A stretch of DNA of 64,000 nucleotides from Epiperipatus broadwayi (lineage: Eukaryota > Animalia > Onychophora). The position numbers and the translations under genes are program-made. How positions within the stretch are numbered: position 1 is the stretch's first letter; every line of letters starts with the position of its first letter. The stretch spans positions 4,402,001 through 4,466,000 of the forward strand of contig JAQFVV010000011.1 in assembly GCA_028023455.1 (NCBI GenBank), written 5' to 3'. The notes beneath the pieces were generated by a model. The model had not been told where the DNA came from and ran no database searches. It was given only the letters and a program-made list of their open reading frames with translations. Below are positions 1 to 13,232 of this stretch, piece after piece.

Positions 1-512
1 TGAATGAAATTAATTATAGAATTAAACTTGGTAAAAATAACTTGATACTAAAAAGAAATATGCCTATGTGTTTGAAAAAGGTTTTTAATAAATGTGTTTT
101 ACCACTTCTTATTTATGGATCTGAGACTTGGGACACTTAATAGAAGAGCAATACAGAAACTTCAGACCACTCATGGAGAAATGCATGTTGGAAGTAACAA
201 AAAGAGATCGAAAATCAATATATGGGTAAGAGAACAAACAGATGTTACTGACCTCATTGAAAAAATTTAAAAGACTGAAGTGGAGTTGGGCTGTACATAT
301 TGCTAGAAGAGATGATAATAGATGGACAACTGAAATATTAAACTGGAGTCCAAGAGATTGTAAAGACCCAGGAAGAGACCACATGTGAGATGGATGGATG
401 AAATAAGAAAGTGTGCAGGGGTGATGTGGAGAAAAGAAGATAAAGATCGGAGAAGATGGATTGAACTTGACAGACCTTCATCCTGCAGTGGATTGATAAT
501 GGTTGATGATGT
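1..512 (+). mobile_element. RTE-clade LINE, 3' end (cut by window edge)
   Basis: Closely similar to 9700-10213; encodes the C-terminal RT region (LTYGSETW-like, RWMDEI) with frameshifts and ends in a GAT-repeat tail. Confidence 0.9.
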
Positions 513-1764
513 GCATTCTATAATAACCTGCTTATATCAAGTCAGCTACATAATGTTGAATGTTCTGTTCTATCAGCTTCGTATTGACATAGATAATAAT
601 TGCGGTACCAAAAGTTTAAGCCCCACAAATTTTTGAAATGTTTTCACTTTAGATTTTATATCTATGTATCTTTTGTAATGGGAGGTTATTACCATTTCAT
701 ATTGGTGTGCCGTGGATGTCCACTTTAATTTTAAATCAATACTGAATTAGATTATTATCTTCTAGCTCAGCTGTCCAATGCAAGCCTGAAATTGTGTTCA
801 AATCAGTTAATTGTATTTTGTGGTATAAAAACAAGCAACGTCCACATAACATACATATATATAGAATTTTCTTGTGTGTTTAATATAGGGTCAATTACAT
901 TTGTTTCTTGTAAGCCCGAGTCTGACTGCAAACTATTCCATTAATGGATAAGCCCATCAGCCAAGACTCGGTCATCTTATATTCTTGCCTTTTGTATGTA
1001 GGCATGCCAATGTCTATTCAATTTAAGAACTCTATGATAAATTCCCTTCTGTATATATTTGTATTCTTATTTCGTAGTAATTTATTAATAATTATAAAAT
1101 TGATGTATAATTTTATAGTAATACAATAAGAATCAAAATCACGTGATAGTAGCTTACAAAATCTAACTATTTATTTCATTCTAGCTCCACTGCCTATTGC
1201 AAGCTTTCAATAATCAATAAATGCTAGAAAATATTTGTTGTTAAATCTCTAGTTAGTATTACGCTATCCACATTTCCAGATTACTTTCGATTTAAAGCTT
1301 TTGTCAATGAGCAATTTTTAACCTAAACCTAAATTTTTTTTAATCTAATCTGTACCAGCAAGAAATTCAAAAACATATCAATGTTTTGAACCCAAGATTT
1401 TTTTTTAATATAATTATCAACATCTGATATCAATTCAGGATGGTGACCCAGTTTAACAACTGTAGGCATTTTTACTATTTGGCCAGAACTGATTGATAAT
1501 ACACATCCACCCAAAGACATATAAAAGATTGCCACTAAATGTTCCAAAATCTTCACTGATAAAGGCTTTAAATCAGAAGTTAATCTAGAAACATGGACAG
1601 AACATCAGTGATAAGGATTTAATAAATACTATATATAGCCTTTCTTGATTACTCAAACTCACTATAAAAGGCAGTGCTGGAGTGAAATATGCTTTTATAA
1701 AATGTTTTAAAAAAACGACAAAATTATAACTTGACTACAAATAGTAATGGCAAAATATATTAAC

Positions 1765-1948
1765 CTTCACTTTCCAGTATGCTGAGTAGAGGTTTTTTGC
1801 TTCGAATAATTTGAGACTTATGATTTGTAACGCCATGAAAATCTAATTCGATAAAGTTTTTAAAAGGAATTTGTTCTTCTTTCAATCGCCAATACAATGT
1901 ATCAAATCCTGCTCCAACATTAATGATTTGACAATTACCCTTGGTTAA
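1765..1948 (-). CDS. LCMT1: Leucine carboxyl methyltransferase 1, coding exon 2
   Basis: LTKGNCQIINVGAGFDTLYWRLKEEQIPFKNFIELDFHGVTNHKSQIIRSKKPLLSILESE; SAM-binding motif matches human CQIVNLGAGMDTTFWRLK; cctgtag acceptor, G|GTTAAT donor; phase 0 join to the exon at 15860-16057. Confidence 0.97.
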
Positions 1949-4011
1949 CTACAGGAAATATAAAATATATAAAGACTTAAGTTACATTTTAATATCGAAA
2001 GATTACAACTTTAAAATAAAAAAATCTGAATATAATAAAATTCTATTTACTAACTTAAAACTGTACTCATATATTAATAGATAAATTTAAAATTTAATTT
2101 GAAAATCAATTTACCAAATATTAATACATGATATTTGACTTTCTGATAAGTGTAACTGACATTTTTATTTAATTTTTTAAAAAAATTTATAAGAGAAGAT
2201 AAATTAATAAAAATGAAATGATTAATAATAAGTTGAAATCTAAAGAATAGACCTTTTATAGAAGTCATTCCAAAATTATGGAATGGAGCATTTTTAAAAT
2301 AGCTGTAAAATATGTTATCATTCAAACTGCATTAAGCTGACTACAGCTTCATCATTATCACAACCAGAAACAAAATTGACCTTTAGCTAATTAAGACCAT
2401 TAATTTAAATGCTCAATTTTTTATTAACCTGTTATAACAATTTTGTTTTAATACTCATCTAGATTAATCTAAAATATTTATAATATGTAATGTAATAAAT
2501 AAATAAAAGATCATGTAAATGTGATTGCTATGGCATGGTAATGAGGTGTGGCGTCAAGATCTTATATATGCCGATCTGCAAACATTTATAATAATGATGA
2601 TAATGAGTGCATGTACAAGATATGAATGCTTTACATTAGAATATTAAAATAAGAGTAACACAATGAACAGATGTAGCAAACCCAAGGCAATACTCATCAC
2701 AGACAGATTTTGCATTAACTCCAAAATAAAATAGAGAATTAAATAAAATTTAAAGATCAAGGACACCATGATAAATGATAAACAATAATCATTTTATTAT
2801 ACAAAATATACAGTATGATTATTATAATTAAAACACTAAATAAGAATAACAAAGATAATAAATTAATAATTATACTCCTTATCGATTTTCAATAGTAATT
2901 TTACAATCTTAAAAGTATATTTCAATTCTGTTAAAATTAAACTGATGTACTAATATATCATTTCAAGCCTTTTTATTTATAATTTATTATTATATGATAA
3001 TTGAAATAATCAAACATATTTGTCATTTACAATTTAGATTGTGTTTTTGAATTGTATATTATAATTGTGAACAGAGCAGAAGCATATCTCATTAAGGATT
3101 GACAATATTTAACTCTCCCCATAGGATAAAGATTAAAAATGTATATATCTCTGCTTTGCTTAAAGTTATACATTTTTAAAGTATATCAAAAGTTAATACC
3201 TATAATCATGTTTATTGATTAAATATTTTTATATATTTTCATATTAAAAAAATAATCTAACTAAAATAATCACCTTTAAAATCAATTTGCATATTAATTA
3301 ATATTTTTTATGATTAATATTTGCTAAATACAAGTCTTATTAAGACTATAATTTACATAGATTGCATCAGGAAATAATCTTTTTATAGATTAAAAACAAT
3401 AATATTATCATTTTAATTAATCTCAGGCATTTATTTATTCAGAGCTTACCAGTAATCCCTCAAAATTGATGACATAATAATTGAGTGGAATTATTGTTAG
3501 TAAATATTAACCTTCAATATCTTTGTTTTTGAACAGCATTTTTCATCCTTTTGCTTTCTTGTTGATCAAAAATATTCTAAATGATAATATTTCAATTAAT
3601 TTTGAAGAAAAATTTATATTATACAATACCTTATTCCATATCAGATTTTTAACGCTACACTTTCTATGCTATGATTTTTGTTAATTTTGAAGAGAGACTT
3701 GCGTTGTACAATTATTTCATACTAAGCTGCTCCATTAATTTTGAAGAGGGATTTCTGTTATATAATTCAATTATTTCATATTAATCCCTTCATCCAATCT
3801 TCGGGGAATATAATAGCAAACGAGGAAAGCTTCGTTCTATAATCAAACATTAGCATTTGATCATCAGTAATAGCTTGTCATTCACTTAGGACAATTTATT
3901 TTAGTATTTTAATATTTAGAATTATATCATAAACTTTAAGATCCTCATTACTCTATGATAATACATACACACTAACATTTTAAATAATGTAATGTTATTT
4001 AATGCTAATAT

Positions 4012-4280
4012 TTCAAATTTGCATATGCTTGTTAGTCTGCGTAACAAAGTGGTTTCTTTCTTCTTTATAACCTAAAGCTGAATGCACTTTCGGTGAAGTT
4101 CACCTGCATACATTCTTCATCTGTGTAATGAAGTGGGTTCTTTCTTCTTTATAATCTAAAGATGAATGCACTTATGGTGAAAATTCAGGGTCAATTCACT
4201 GAAAGTGCACTCAGCTTTAGGTTATAAAGAAGAAAAAACCCACTTCATTATACAGATGAACAAATGTATGCAAATTTGAA
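4012..4280. repeat. MITE-like palindrome with a duplicated left arm
   Basis: Outer inverted ends TTCAAATTTGCATA / TATGCAAATTTGAA; hairpin about 4106-4272; left arm present twice. Confidence 0.7.
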
Positions 4281-7200
4281 TTACAAATAAAGATGAAGGG
4301 AAAATCAATATCTCATACGAACAAAACAATCTATATTTTAACACATTCTACCATCAAAATATATATTAAACTGTCATAAGTACTGTTCCTCATCACAATA
4401 TCTTCATTTTAAAAAACCAGTCTTCACAAATGGACCAATTTGTGCATTATAACTGCATCTCTATAAATAATTAATTACACATTTAACAGGGCCATGGAAG
4501 AAAAACATCAAATGAAAAATTCTCTTCAAATTTTTCATACTCTAACAATCACCAGTCTTCCAGTGATGTCAAAAGAAATGAGACCTTCAAGAATAACTTC
4601 CTCTATAGTCTATTTTGACAAATGCCTTTCACTGAGCTTCAAGTAACATTCAAGTTGGTTTGCATTACAAATATTCAAAAACAAAATATTCCTGCATATA
4701 TAGTAACCATAAAAATAAAGATAAAATATGTTGCTAATTTTACAAGCTGTTGACATAACTATTAATTCCAGTGCTCAAATTTCATATGAAATCCTGAACT
4801 AAACATTTTTGTTTCTTTTACTGAAACACTTTATTTCACTCTACTTATTTAAAAAATCTCCATTTAAGAAATATGAAATTTGGCTTTAGAGTTTTTAAAA
4901 ATACAACTTATTAAATACTATCAAATGATTTAAAAAAAAAAAAATGCCTATGAAATAAAGGCAGTGTTGCTCGTATTTTAAAGAATTACAAATTAAAAAG
5001 CTAATCAATGCATTTATACATCAGTTTATATTAATCTTGACTTGTGTCATTTAGGTAATGATAAAGTTATGAATTCAAAAGCTAAAGATTCCTGGATTAA
5101 TTTTTAAGTGAAGAAAGGAAAAGAAAAAAAACTCAGTTTGGTCAATGATGAATTTTGTAATATGATCTCATAAGAAAACTAACAATACAATTAGTACTTT
5201 GAAAGAGCTCATGTTCTGACAATTAGCCTCCATCTGCATACCCATGATCTTGATTACGAGTCTGATATGGATAAATTATGGATTTTTTTTTTCAAATATT
5301 AACAGGGTTAAGATTTTTCTTTTAAGTAACCAATTCGAAGTCAAACAATTTTGACTAATAAAGCTAATTATTAGCTTAAAAAAAAATAAAAATCCCAAAT
5401 TAACATGGACTGATCAGATAAATGAAGATATGCTATCAATAAAAATAAAAATATGATTGCATAGGATGTAATCTTTACTGATGAGAGATATCTTATAGCT
5501 AAATTTATTATTTACACCACATTATAATGCAGACCCAAAAAATTTAGTGAACGATAGATAAAATTAATCACAATTGTAATAAATAAGTATATCATTTATT
5601 AATATCTCATTAAGAATCAGTCTGTCTTCTTTTAGATTCATTAATATTCAAATGGAAATGAATACAAAAATGTCAAAAGGGCTTTTAAATGAATATTAAA
5701 AATCTAAAAGAAAGATTTTTAACGTATATTAATAAAGGAAGTTTATCTTCCTATAGTTACAATTATCTCCGTTGTTCATTAATTTCTTCAAACACTATTA
5801 CATATATGCATATTGTGGAATTTAATCTTTATTATACCGTTTATATAATGGGCTCCAATATTTTATAATACAGTTCTAAACAGCCAAAATAAATGAAGGG
5901 GGTAGTAAATTGCTAATGATGAACAAGGGTAGTCAGTGATCCACATTATTCCAATATCTAATTATTCCAACTAGATATTGCATAAATAACAGCATTTCTC
6001 CTCTTTATCCTCTAAGATCAATTATAAAAAGGGTATATTATAGAAAATCAGATGGTTTTCTCACTTCTAATTTTTTAAATAGTTTTCTTTAATTTGACAA
6101 AATTTACTCTTATCAGTTTTAATTATAATAATTCAATAATGAAATAAATATTAAGAATATATAAAATCTCATCATTATAAATCATATATTTTCAGAAGAT
6201 GTAGTCTCTTGGTATATAATTAAAGAACTCCAATAATTTAAAGACTGTTTTTATTGTATGTTAAAATGTCATGAATGAGTGGACTTAAGTGATCTCTATT
6301 AGCTCATTATTTAATTATGTTCACATTCTAATTTGTGGATTATTATAAGACTAACAAGATTAGTTTTTAGGAACACTACAACAATTGTGTTGCCCACCAT
6401 TTGAAACATTTATATTATCAGATTTCACTTGTTTATTGTAGACTGCATCTGCCAGACATCTTAATCTATTGAAACCCTAAACATATTATAATGCTCACAA
6501 TGTTATAAAAACACACACACACACACATATATATATATGCCTTACACATGTTTTTTTTTTAAAAAAAAAAAATTATAAAGAAAAAATAAATAGCTTAAAA
6601 ATAGATTTTAAGAATGAAATTTTTTAAAAAAAGAAATATTGCATATCATATTTTTTTTTAAGAATAGATTTGTTTTTATTAAGAATAATGGTGGGAAAAG
6701 AGAATTAGATAAAAATTCAGAGCACGCACTCTTCTTTTAATAATTGAAAAAAGAAAAAAAAAGGAAATGTTATAATGAGAAAATAAATAAATAAATGTAA
6801 AAGATTTCAAAATAAAACTTCCAATAAACAATAAAATTAATTAGTGAAGGAAATCTTGTAAACTATCTCATCGGCAGGAATTCACTTAAATTTTGGATTG
6901 TTGGCCGATAAGATAGTAGACAAATCTAAGGAAGATTAGATAAATGAATGTAAATTTAATTAAAAACCAAAATTAAAATTGTGATAAAAGTGGACAATAG
7001 GAGAGATAGGTATAAAAGTGGCAGCATATTTATTGTTAGGATGATTAATATTCCAATTTTGTGAGTGGTATAGTCAACAAGATCCTCAGAGGTTATTTCT
7101 AATTGTGAAAAATCTATAAGCCATAAACAACATAATTGCTAAAGAACTTGATGAACATTCATCTGGGCTTTATGCACCGAGTCCCCGGCACCATGTTTTT

Positions 7201-7629
7201 CTGACCTGTAATCAATGCCTCGATTGTAATATAGACTGCTGCATACTCTCCTGTTGTTAGAAGCATGGAAAGAAACCAAGGAAAGTCATCGCTGAAGACC
7301 GAATGAACAGCTTTGAGAATCGGAAATGAAAGAAAATACGCTATCTGCCAAAAGATGTCGTCTCACCATTAAGAAAATCTAGATAAATATAACATTCTTA
7401 AAAGAAAATGAACCATGAAATGAAGGATAATGAATATTTAAATGCTGATAATTGTATGGTTGTTTATATTTTGTTTTTATTGTATTGAATATTTAATTGA
7501 TTGTGTGTGCATATGAATAATCGTATCTATTTAAATGTTGCTTGGTCTATCCTTTCTCTTTTAACTGCATCATCATGATTATAACTATTCCCATACATTC
7601 AGTAATGCACTGGGTCCCCTGTTCAAGAT

Positions 7630-7900
7630 GTTGGAGCTAGCCTGGGTATATTTCAATCACTGGATTCATTTGTCTGTCGTCTGGGCATGCCGGCTATATA
7701 AAGTTTATATGGTCAGATGGCGCCTGAGACTTGTCTCAAAACCAAATGAAGTGCCTTGGCTGATGGGTGTTGTTCCAGCACTATGGGCGGGTCATGGTCA
7801 GAAAAAATAGCTGGGGCAGTGCATTCGTATAGTCTCGATCTGGCCATAGGTATCATTGATGGTTAATCTATCAATGATATTTTACTTCTCTGCTTGAATG
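7630..7900 (+). repeat. Unclassified dispersed repeat (family X), copy E
   Basis: GAGCTAGC...GTCTGGGCATGC..TATATAA..GGCGCC-TGAGAC tt GTCTCA-AAACCAAATGAAGTG; reverse complement of the module at 25995-26290. Confidence 0.7.
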
Positions 7901-8804
7901 TACAATTACTAGGGTAAAGAGGCAGTAAATAAATATAAAAATAAATGCTAATAATAATGCTTGTTATTGTTAAACTGTACATAATGTTAAATGTTGAAAT
8001 GATAATAGTACAATATGGTTGATAAAGATATGTAGTCAGTTAGCAAATGTAGATAGATAATTTAGTAAATCCACTCATAATAATCTACAATTAAAAAAAT
8101 AATTATGATAAATAGTTATAGTTAATGAATAAACATCATTAATAAAAATTAATATTCTGATAAAACTTCAGAATCATTACAATATATATGTATATAAATA
8201 TATTTCATTTCTAAGTGATGGCAGTTATTAAAATTGTACAATTTAGACTTTACATAAATGTGAAGAGAAAACACTAACAAGAATTTTATTAGAAAATGTA
8301 TTTTCCATTTCTTATTTATATCATTAAGTTAATATTGTTTTCATTGATATTTCAATCCATATAATGATTTTTTAAAAAAGCATTAACAAAACTTATATTT
8401 GTCAAATAAGATTTTACGCTATTCTTGTAAAACCTGCAAAGCATGGAAGTTTTCGGCAAACATTTGTTTAAACACATGCACACAATAATAGACAATATAA
8501 TCATTGTATCTATAAAAATAATCTTAAAAAAAAAAAAAAAAACAATCTTTAATAGGAAAAAAAAATCAATGATATATAGACATTTTTTTATTACTTTAAA
8601 AACTTCTATAATAAATTTTCCAATATATTTTACCTTAAGAACAAGGATGTAAGTTAAATATTAAATTGAGAATTATAAATCCGTAAGTAATAATGATCAT
8701 GCGAGCACTAGTTCACAATTTATTTTCAAATGAAGCTGAAAACTAACTTAAAAATCATCAACGGTATATGACTTGAGGGTTCATAAAAAGTATTAATCCC
8801 AGAA

Positions 8805-8880
8805 GTGTCAGATGTGGAACTAAGATTCATGGATCTTGATTTTCAGAATCCACTATTCTACCATTGCACTAAATCATGCA
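8805..8880 (-). mobile_element. Degenerate tRNA-derived SINE head
   Basis: Minus strand TAGTGCAATGGTAGAA A-box-like motif followed by a decayed B-box. Confidence 0.4.
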
Positions 8881-9026
8881 GGAAAAAGCTAAATTGATAT
8901 AGTTGCTTAACACTATTGCAGCACAATTTATTCATATAATTATTCAAATTGTTGGTATAAAGTCTGCAAAAAAGGTTCCATTACATGAAATACAAATTTG
9001 AAATCAATATACACACATTTATTCAC

Positions 9027-10213
9027 CAACCAAGAGAACAAGCTGGATTTAAAAGTGGTTTTAGTACAGTAGATCATATCCAGGTGTTGAGAGAAGTTAT
9101 AGAAAGGAAGAATGAATATGAGTTGTCATTATGTTTTGGATTTGTAGATTATGAAAAGGCATTTGATTCTATAAACATTTCTTCAGTGATTAAAGCATTA
9201 GATCATCAAGGTATAGATCCAGGATATTGTCATATTTTGAAGAATATTTATAAAAATGCAACAGCAACAATTAGATTACATAATGATACTGGGAAAGTCA
9301 ACATTGAGAAAGGTGTAAGACAAGGTGACTCCATATCTCCAAAACTTTTTACAACAGTGCTGCTAGAAGTATTTTGTGGATTAAAATGGGAAACTAAAGG
9401 AGTGAAAATAAATGGAGATTATTTAAGTCATTTAGATTTTGCAGATGATGTAGTTGTTTTTGCCAATAATGCTTCAGAGCTGCAGGATATGTTGCAGGAA
9501 TTATCAGATGAAAGTAGGAAAGTAGGACTAAAGATAAATGTTAAAAAGACTAAAGTAAAGTTTAATCGATTTGCTCAAAATATGAAAATAAAGATTGATT
9601 ATGATGAATTAGAAGAAGTTAACAGTTACAAATACCTTGGTCAGATTATTAATACAGATGGAAACATAATGGAAGAAATTAATCATAGAATTAAACTTGG
9701 TTGGAGTGCTTTTGGTAGAAATAACTTGATACTAAAAGGAAATATGCCTATGTGTTTGAAAAGGAAGGTTTTTAACAATTGTGTTTTACCAGTTCTTACT
9801 TATGGATCTGAGACTTGGACACTTAATAGAAGAGCAATACAGAGACTTCAGACCACTCAAAGAAGTATGGAGAGATGTATGTTGGGAGTAACAAGAAGAG
9901 ATCGAAAACGCAATGTATGGGTAAGAGAACAAACAGGTGTTACTGACCTCATTGAAAAAATTAAAAGATTGAAGTGGAGTTGAGCTGGACATATTGCTAA
10001 AAGAGATGATAATAGATGGACAATTGAAATTTTAAACTGGATTCCAAGAGATTGTAAAAGACCCAGAAAGAGACCACATGTGAGATGGATGGATGAAATA
10101 AGAAAGTGTGTAGGGGTGATGTGGAGAAGAGAAGCTAAAGATCGGAGAAGATGGATTAAACTTGGAGAGACCTTCATTCTGCAGTGGATTGATAATGGTT
10201 GATAATGATGATG
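9027..10213 (+). mobile_element. 5'-truncated RTE-clade LINE with near-intact RT coding region
   Basis: QAGFKSGFSTVDHI, FVDYEKAFDS, GVRQGDSISPKLF, FADD, YKYLG motifs; premature TGA at 9981-9983 (KWS*AGHIA); GAT-repeat tail; candidate TSD ATTCAC at 9021-9026 and 10214-10219. Confidence 0.95.
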
Positions 10214-10289
10214 ATTCACATTACCATATTAATGAATAAAAATACATAATTAAATGACTATTATTCGAGAATGCACATGAAGTTCAAGC

Positions 10290-10370
10290 ACTGCAAGTGC
10301 CAGAACTGGAATTGATCCGAGGACATTATGTTCACAATTTGACACTTTTCCACTGAATTAAACTATGAAG
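10290..10370 (-). mobile_element. Degenerate tRNA-derived SINE head
   Basis: Minus strand TAGTTTAATTCAGTGG A-box-like and GGATCAATTCC B-box-like motifs. Confidence 0.45.
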
Positions 10371-11189
10371 GGTTTTTTAATGAATCTTAAACAATTTTTA
10401 ACAGTGAATGAGATATAGCTTGCTAACTATAAAATCAAGATTCTTGATAATAAACTGAATAAACTATATTATCTGTCCCCTCTCCCTGCTCCAATTTTTT
10501 TAATTAAATGGTGCTTGAAAAATTAATTCAGATTAATCTTAACATTGTAAAATTCCATTAGACTATAATAGACTATCAGAGAAACCAGATTATACCAGTC
10601 AACATGACTTTGTGGTAAAATAGAAAGTAGATTATTTAATGGAAATTGATATCCAGACTCCAAAAACGATGTAAATTTCTTCATTTTATGTCTAGTTGCG
10701 ACAAATTCTGTTTTTTTAGTATTTACAATCAAAAAATATAACACTAAGAGATTTTCTAAAGCATCTCTCTTTATAATACAATCATATAATTTTAGTTGTG
10801 ATTGTGTGTGCAATTGATTATTTATTGTGTATTACAGTCATGTTAATTGTTATATTACATTTATAACAAACTCCCTCCAGATAGACAATAAAAAGAATAA
10901 GACCGAAGTTTGAATGTAGATAAGAAGGCAGACGCATATCTCAAACCATTTGTATAAACAGAAGTATTTAAAACCCCAGCCCAATCTTACTCAGTTGGAA
11001 ATGTTGGGCTGAGATTCCTCTTCAAGACAACTTATCACTTGTGCTTAAGACACAACCCAACAAGTTCATGTTATCTGCAACTTTTACTTTGATTTGCATC
11101 CATCTATTCGTTATTGTTAATATACAAACCATATCTAAATTTTTATACATAAAACTTTTATTTAAGAAAACCATGGTTAATATACCAGG

Positions 11190-11350
11190 TGTACATAGAA
11201 GGCAGTATCTACAAAGACCTCCAGAGAACACTCATAAACTTCAAGAACACATAAATAACAACACATAATTTTCCCAGATTACTAATATTACTCCAAAATA
11301 GAATAAATGATTCTAGAATAGTGTGAAGAGCTGCATTTAATGGCTTTTTA
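11190..11350 (+). mobile_element. Tc1/mariner transposase C-terminal remnant
   Basis: YLQRPPENTHKLQEHI...VKSCI resembles the Tc1/mariner C-terminus; heavily decayed. Confidence 0.35.
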
Positions 11351-13053
11351 TAGTATTATTAAGATAGAGCTCACATTCAGAAGTTGCAATATACCTTCAG
11401 ATGTAAAGTCTTCATTAACCTGGTAAGAATACATTTTCTTAAACATTATGAAACAAGCATGGAAATCATTTTAGATAATGATGCGTATCATTACAGTAGG
11501 TTCACTCATTTTTTACAAATATATAAAAATAAATCATTCCTAATTACCATATATACACAAATGCCCACACACAAATGTATTATTAGAATGCATTACAATA
11601 TTTCTATCAATATTACTAAACATTATTTATTTTAAAACAATAGGTTTATGAATAGTTACAAAATAGTTGTGTATATACAAAATTAAAACCAGGCATCATT
11701 TACATTATGTTATCATAGTGTTTATTAAACAAATAATAAATAGTTAAAAAATAAACCTTATTACTTTTTTAAAAAAATGTTCATAACTATCAAAGTTTAT
11801 TTATTAATAAAGTCTTGATATGATAATTATAACACATTACATCTTCTTTGAAATCTATATGCGAAAATTAATTTTTTAGTGGAAAAAAACTCATTTTTTA
11901 ATACAGCTAGTAAGAGTTTTAATTGTTGTATGCTTGGCCTATTTGAAAGCAGTGCTAAGCTGTAAATAGTGGACCTTCCCTAAATAGTGAATTACAAACA
12001 AATAAATAAAAGATAGATTGAGTTATAATCATCTATTTATTAAAACACTGATTAGCAATTTCTAGATTATTTATTATAAATAATTTATTTATTTATTCAT
12101 CGATAAAAATGATAATTTGTTTTGCTTGTATTATAGTTTTTCAAAATTTTTAGATCAATCTTTTAGCACTAAAATTTAACATTCAAAATAATAATTTATT
12201 AATTTACAAATAAATATTTTCACTTACATCTATTTAATTTAGTGCCTAAAAATGGATTAGAATAAATAAATTATGTATTCTTTTTTTAACTCACTAAAAA
12301 ATAACAAGTTCACTTATATATCTTTTATTTCAAAATTTCTTCAATGAATGGAATTTTTACTATTTTATAAGTCAATTTCTGCCTAAGTTGCTCATAATAA
12401 TAATGCAGTTATGTATTTATAGTAAGTTTTCTAATATTAGTCTGATTTTCAGAGAATATTTATTTAAAATACACAGTCAGGTAAAAAAATACTAAGTAAA
12501 AAGAAAATGCTAATTTGAAATTTTGATTCAGCTAGTTATCTTTTAACTTTTTGTAAAAAAAATTTTTTTCCAGATACCAAATCATTAGAAAATTAATATT
12601 TTGATAAAATAATATTTTATTATAAATTTCAATGATGAATATATTACAAATACAGATTTTATCTATAATAAATTGCTTAATTTAGATGTTTAGAATCTAG
12701 TTCCAATCATTTTCATAAACTTTCAAGTTTTTAAATAATTGTACAAAAATATGTGAGAGAATTTATTTTTTTATGAAAATAATGTATACTATAATAGTTG
12801 CATGTCCAGTCAAATAAAAAAAGATATATAAATTAATAAAAAAAGTATTTATTTCTACAAAATATTTATTTTTTAAAGTATTCAATCTTCCAAACAATGA
12901 AAATTAATATATACCCAATAGTACTTAAAGATATGAGTAATAGACTTTAGTATGGTGTACATTTAAAATGCATAAACATTTTGAAATATTAACTAATTTA
13001 TTTTGATACTACAAAACATTACATGATCACAATATCCTATGCTACACAAGCTG

Positions 13054-13232
13054 TTAAAACAGTATCAAACACTCCATACAATAGTGCCATCCAGTGCAAG
13101 CCACAAGCTAGAAACTAATCTGGGGATATTGGATGAGTAGGCACTAGATAGGGATTTTATGCACAAACCTTCTAGCATCCGATTACTATGGCTTGCACTG
13201 GGTGGCACTACTGAATGAGTTTGATATTGTAT
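13054..13232 (+). mobile_element. Internally deleted copy of the hammerhead-capped palindromic element
   Basis: Arms AGTGCCATCCAGTGCAAGCCA / TGGCTTGCACTGGGTGGCACT; shares AAGCCACAAGCTAGAAA..TCTGGGGATATTGGA with 18689-18725 but lacks CTGATGA. Confidence 0.85.

Noticed and set aside
109-384. Minus-strand ORFs over RTE and hAT copies (also 9786-10219, 62163-62591)
   Set aside because: Antisense shadows of transposon coding sequence
1329-1556. 75 aa minus-strand ORF as LCMT1 exon 3
   Set aside because: No frame resembles the expected D.H...Y..IGADLR segment; remaining exons appear to lie outside the window
4490-4650. Exon-like plus-strand stretch after TTTAACAG
   Set aside because: Short open frames with no recognisable homology and no partner exons
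7291-7345. CTGAAGA-CCGA..TCGG-AAA hammerhead-like motif
   Set aside because: No convincing stem I or stem III closure
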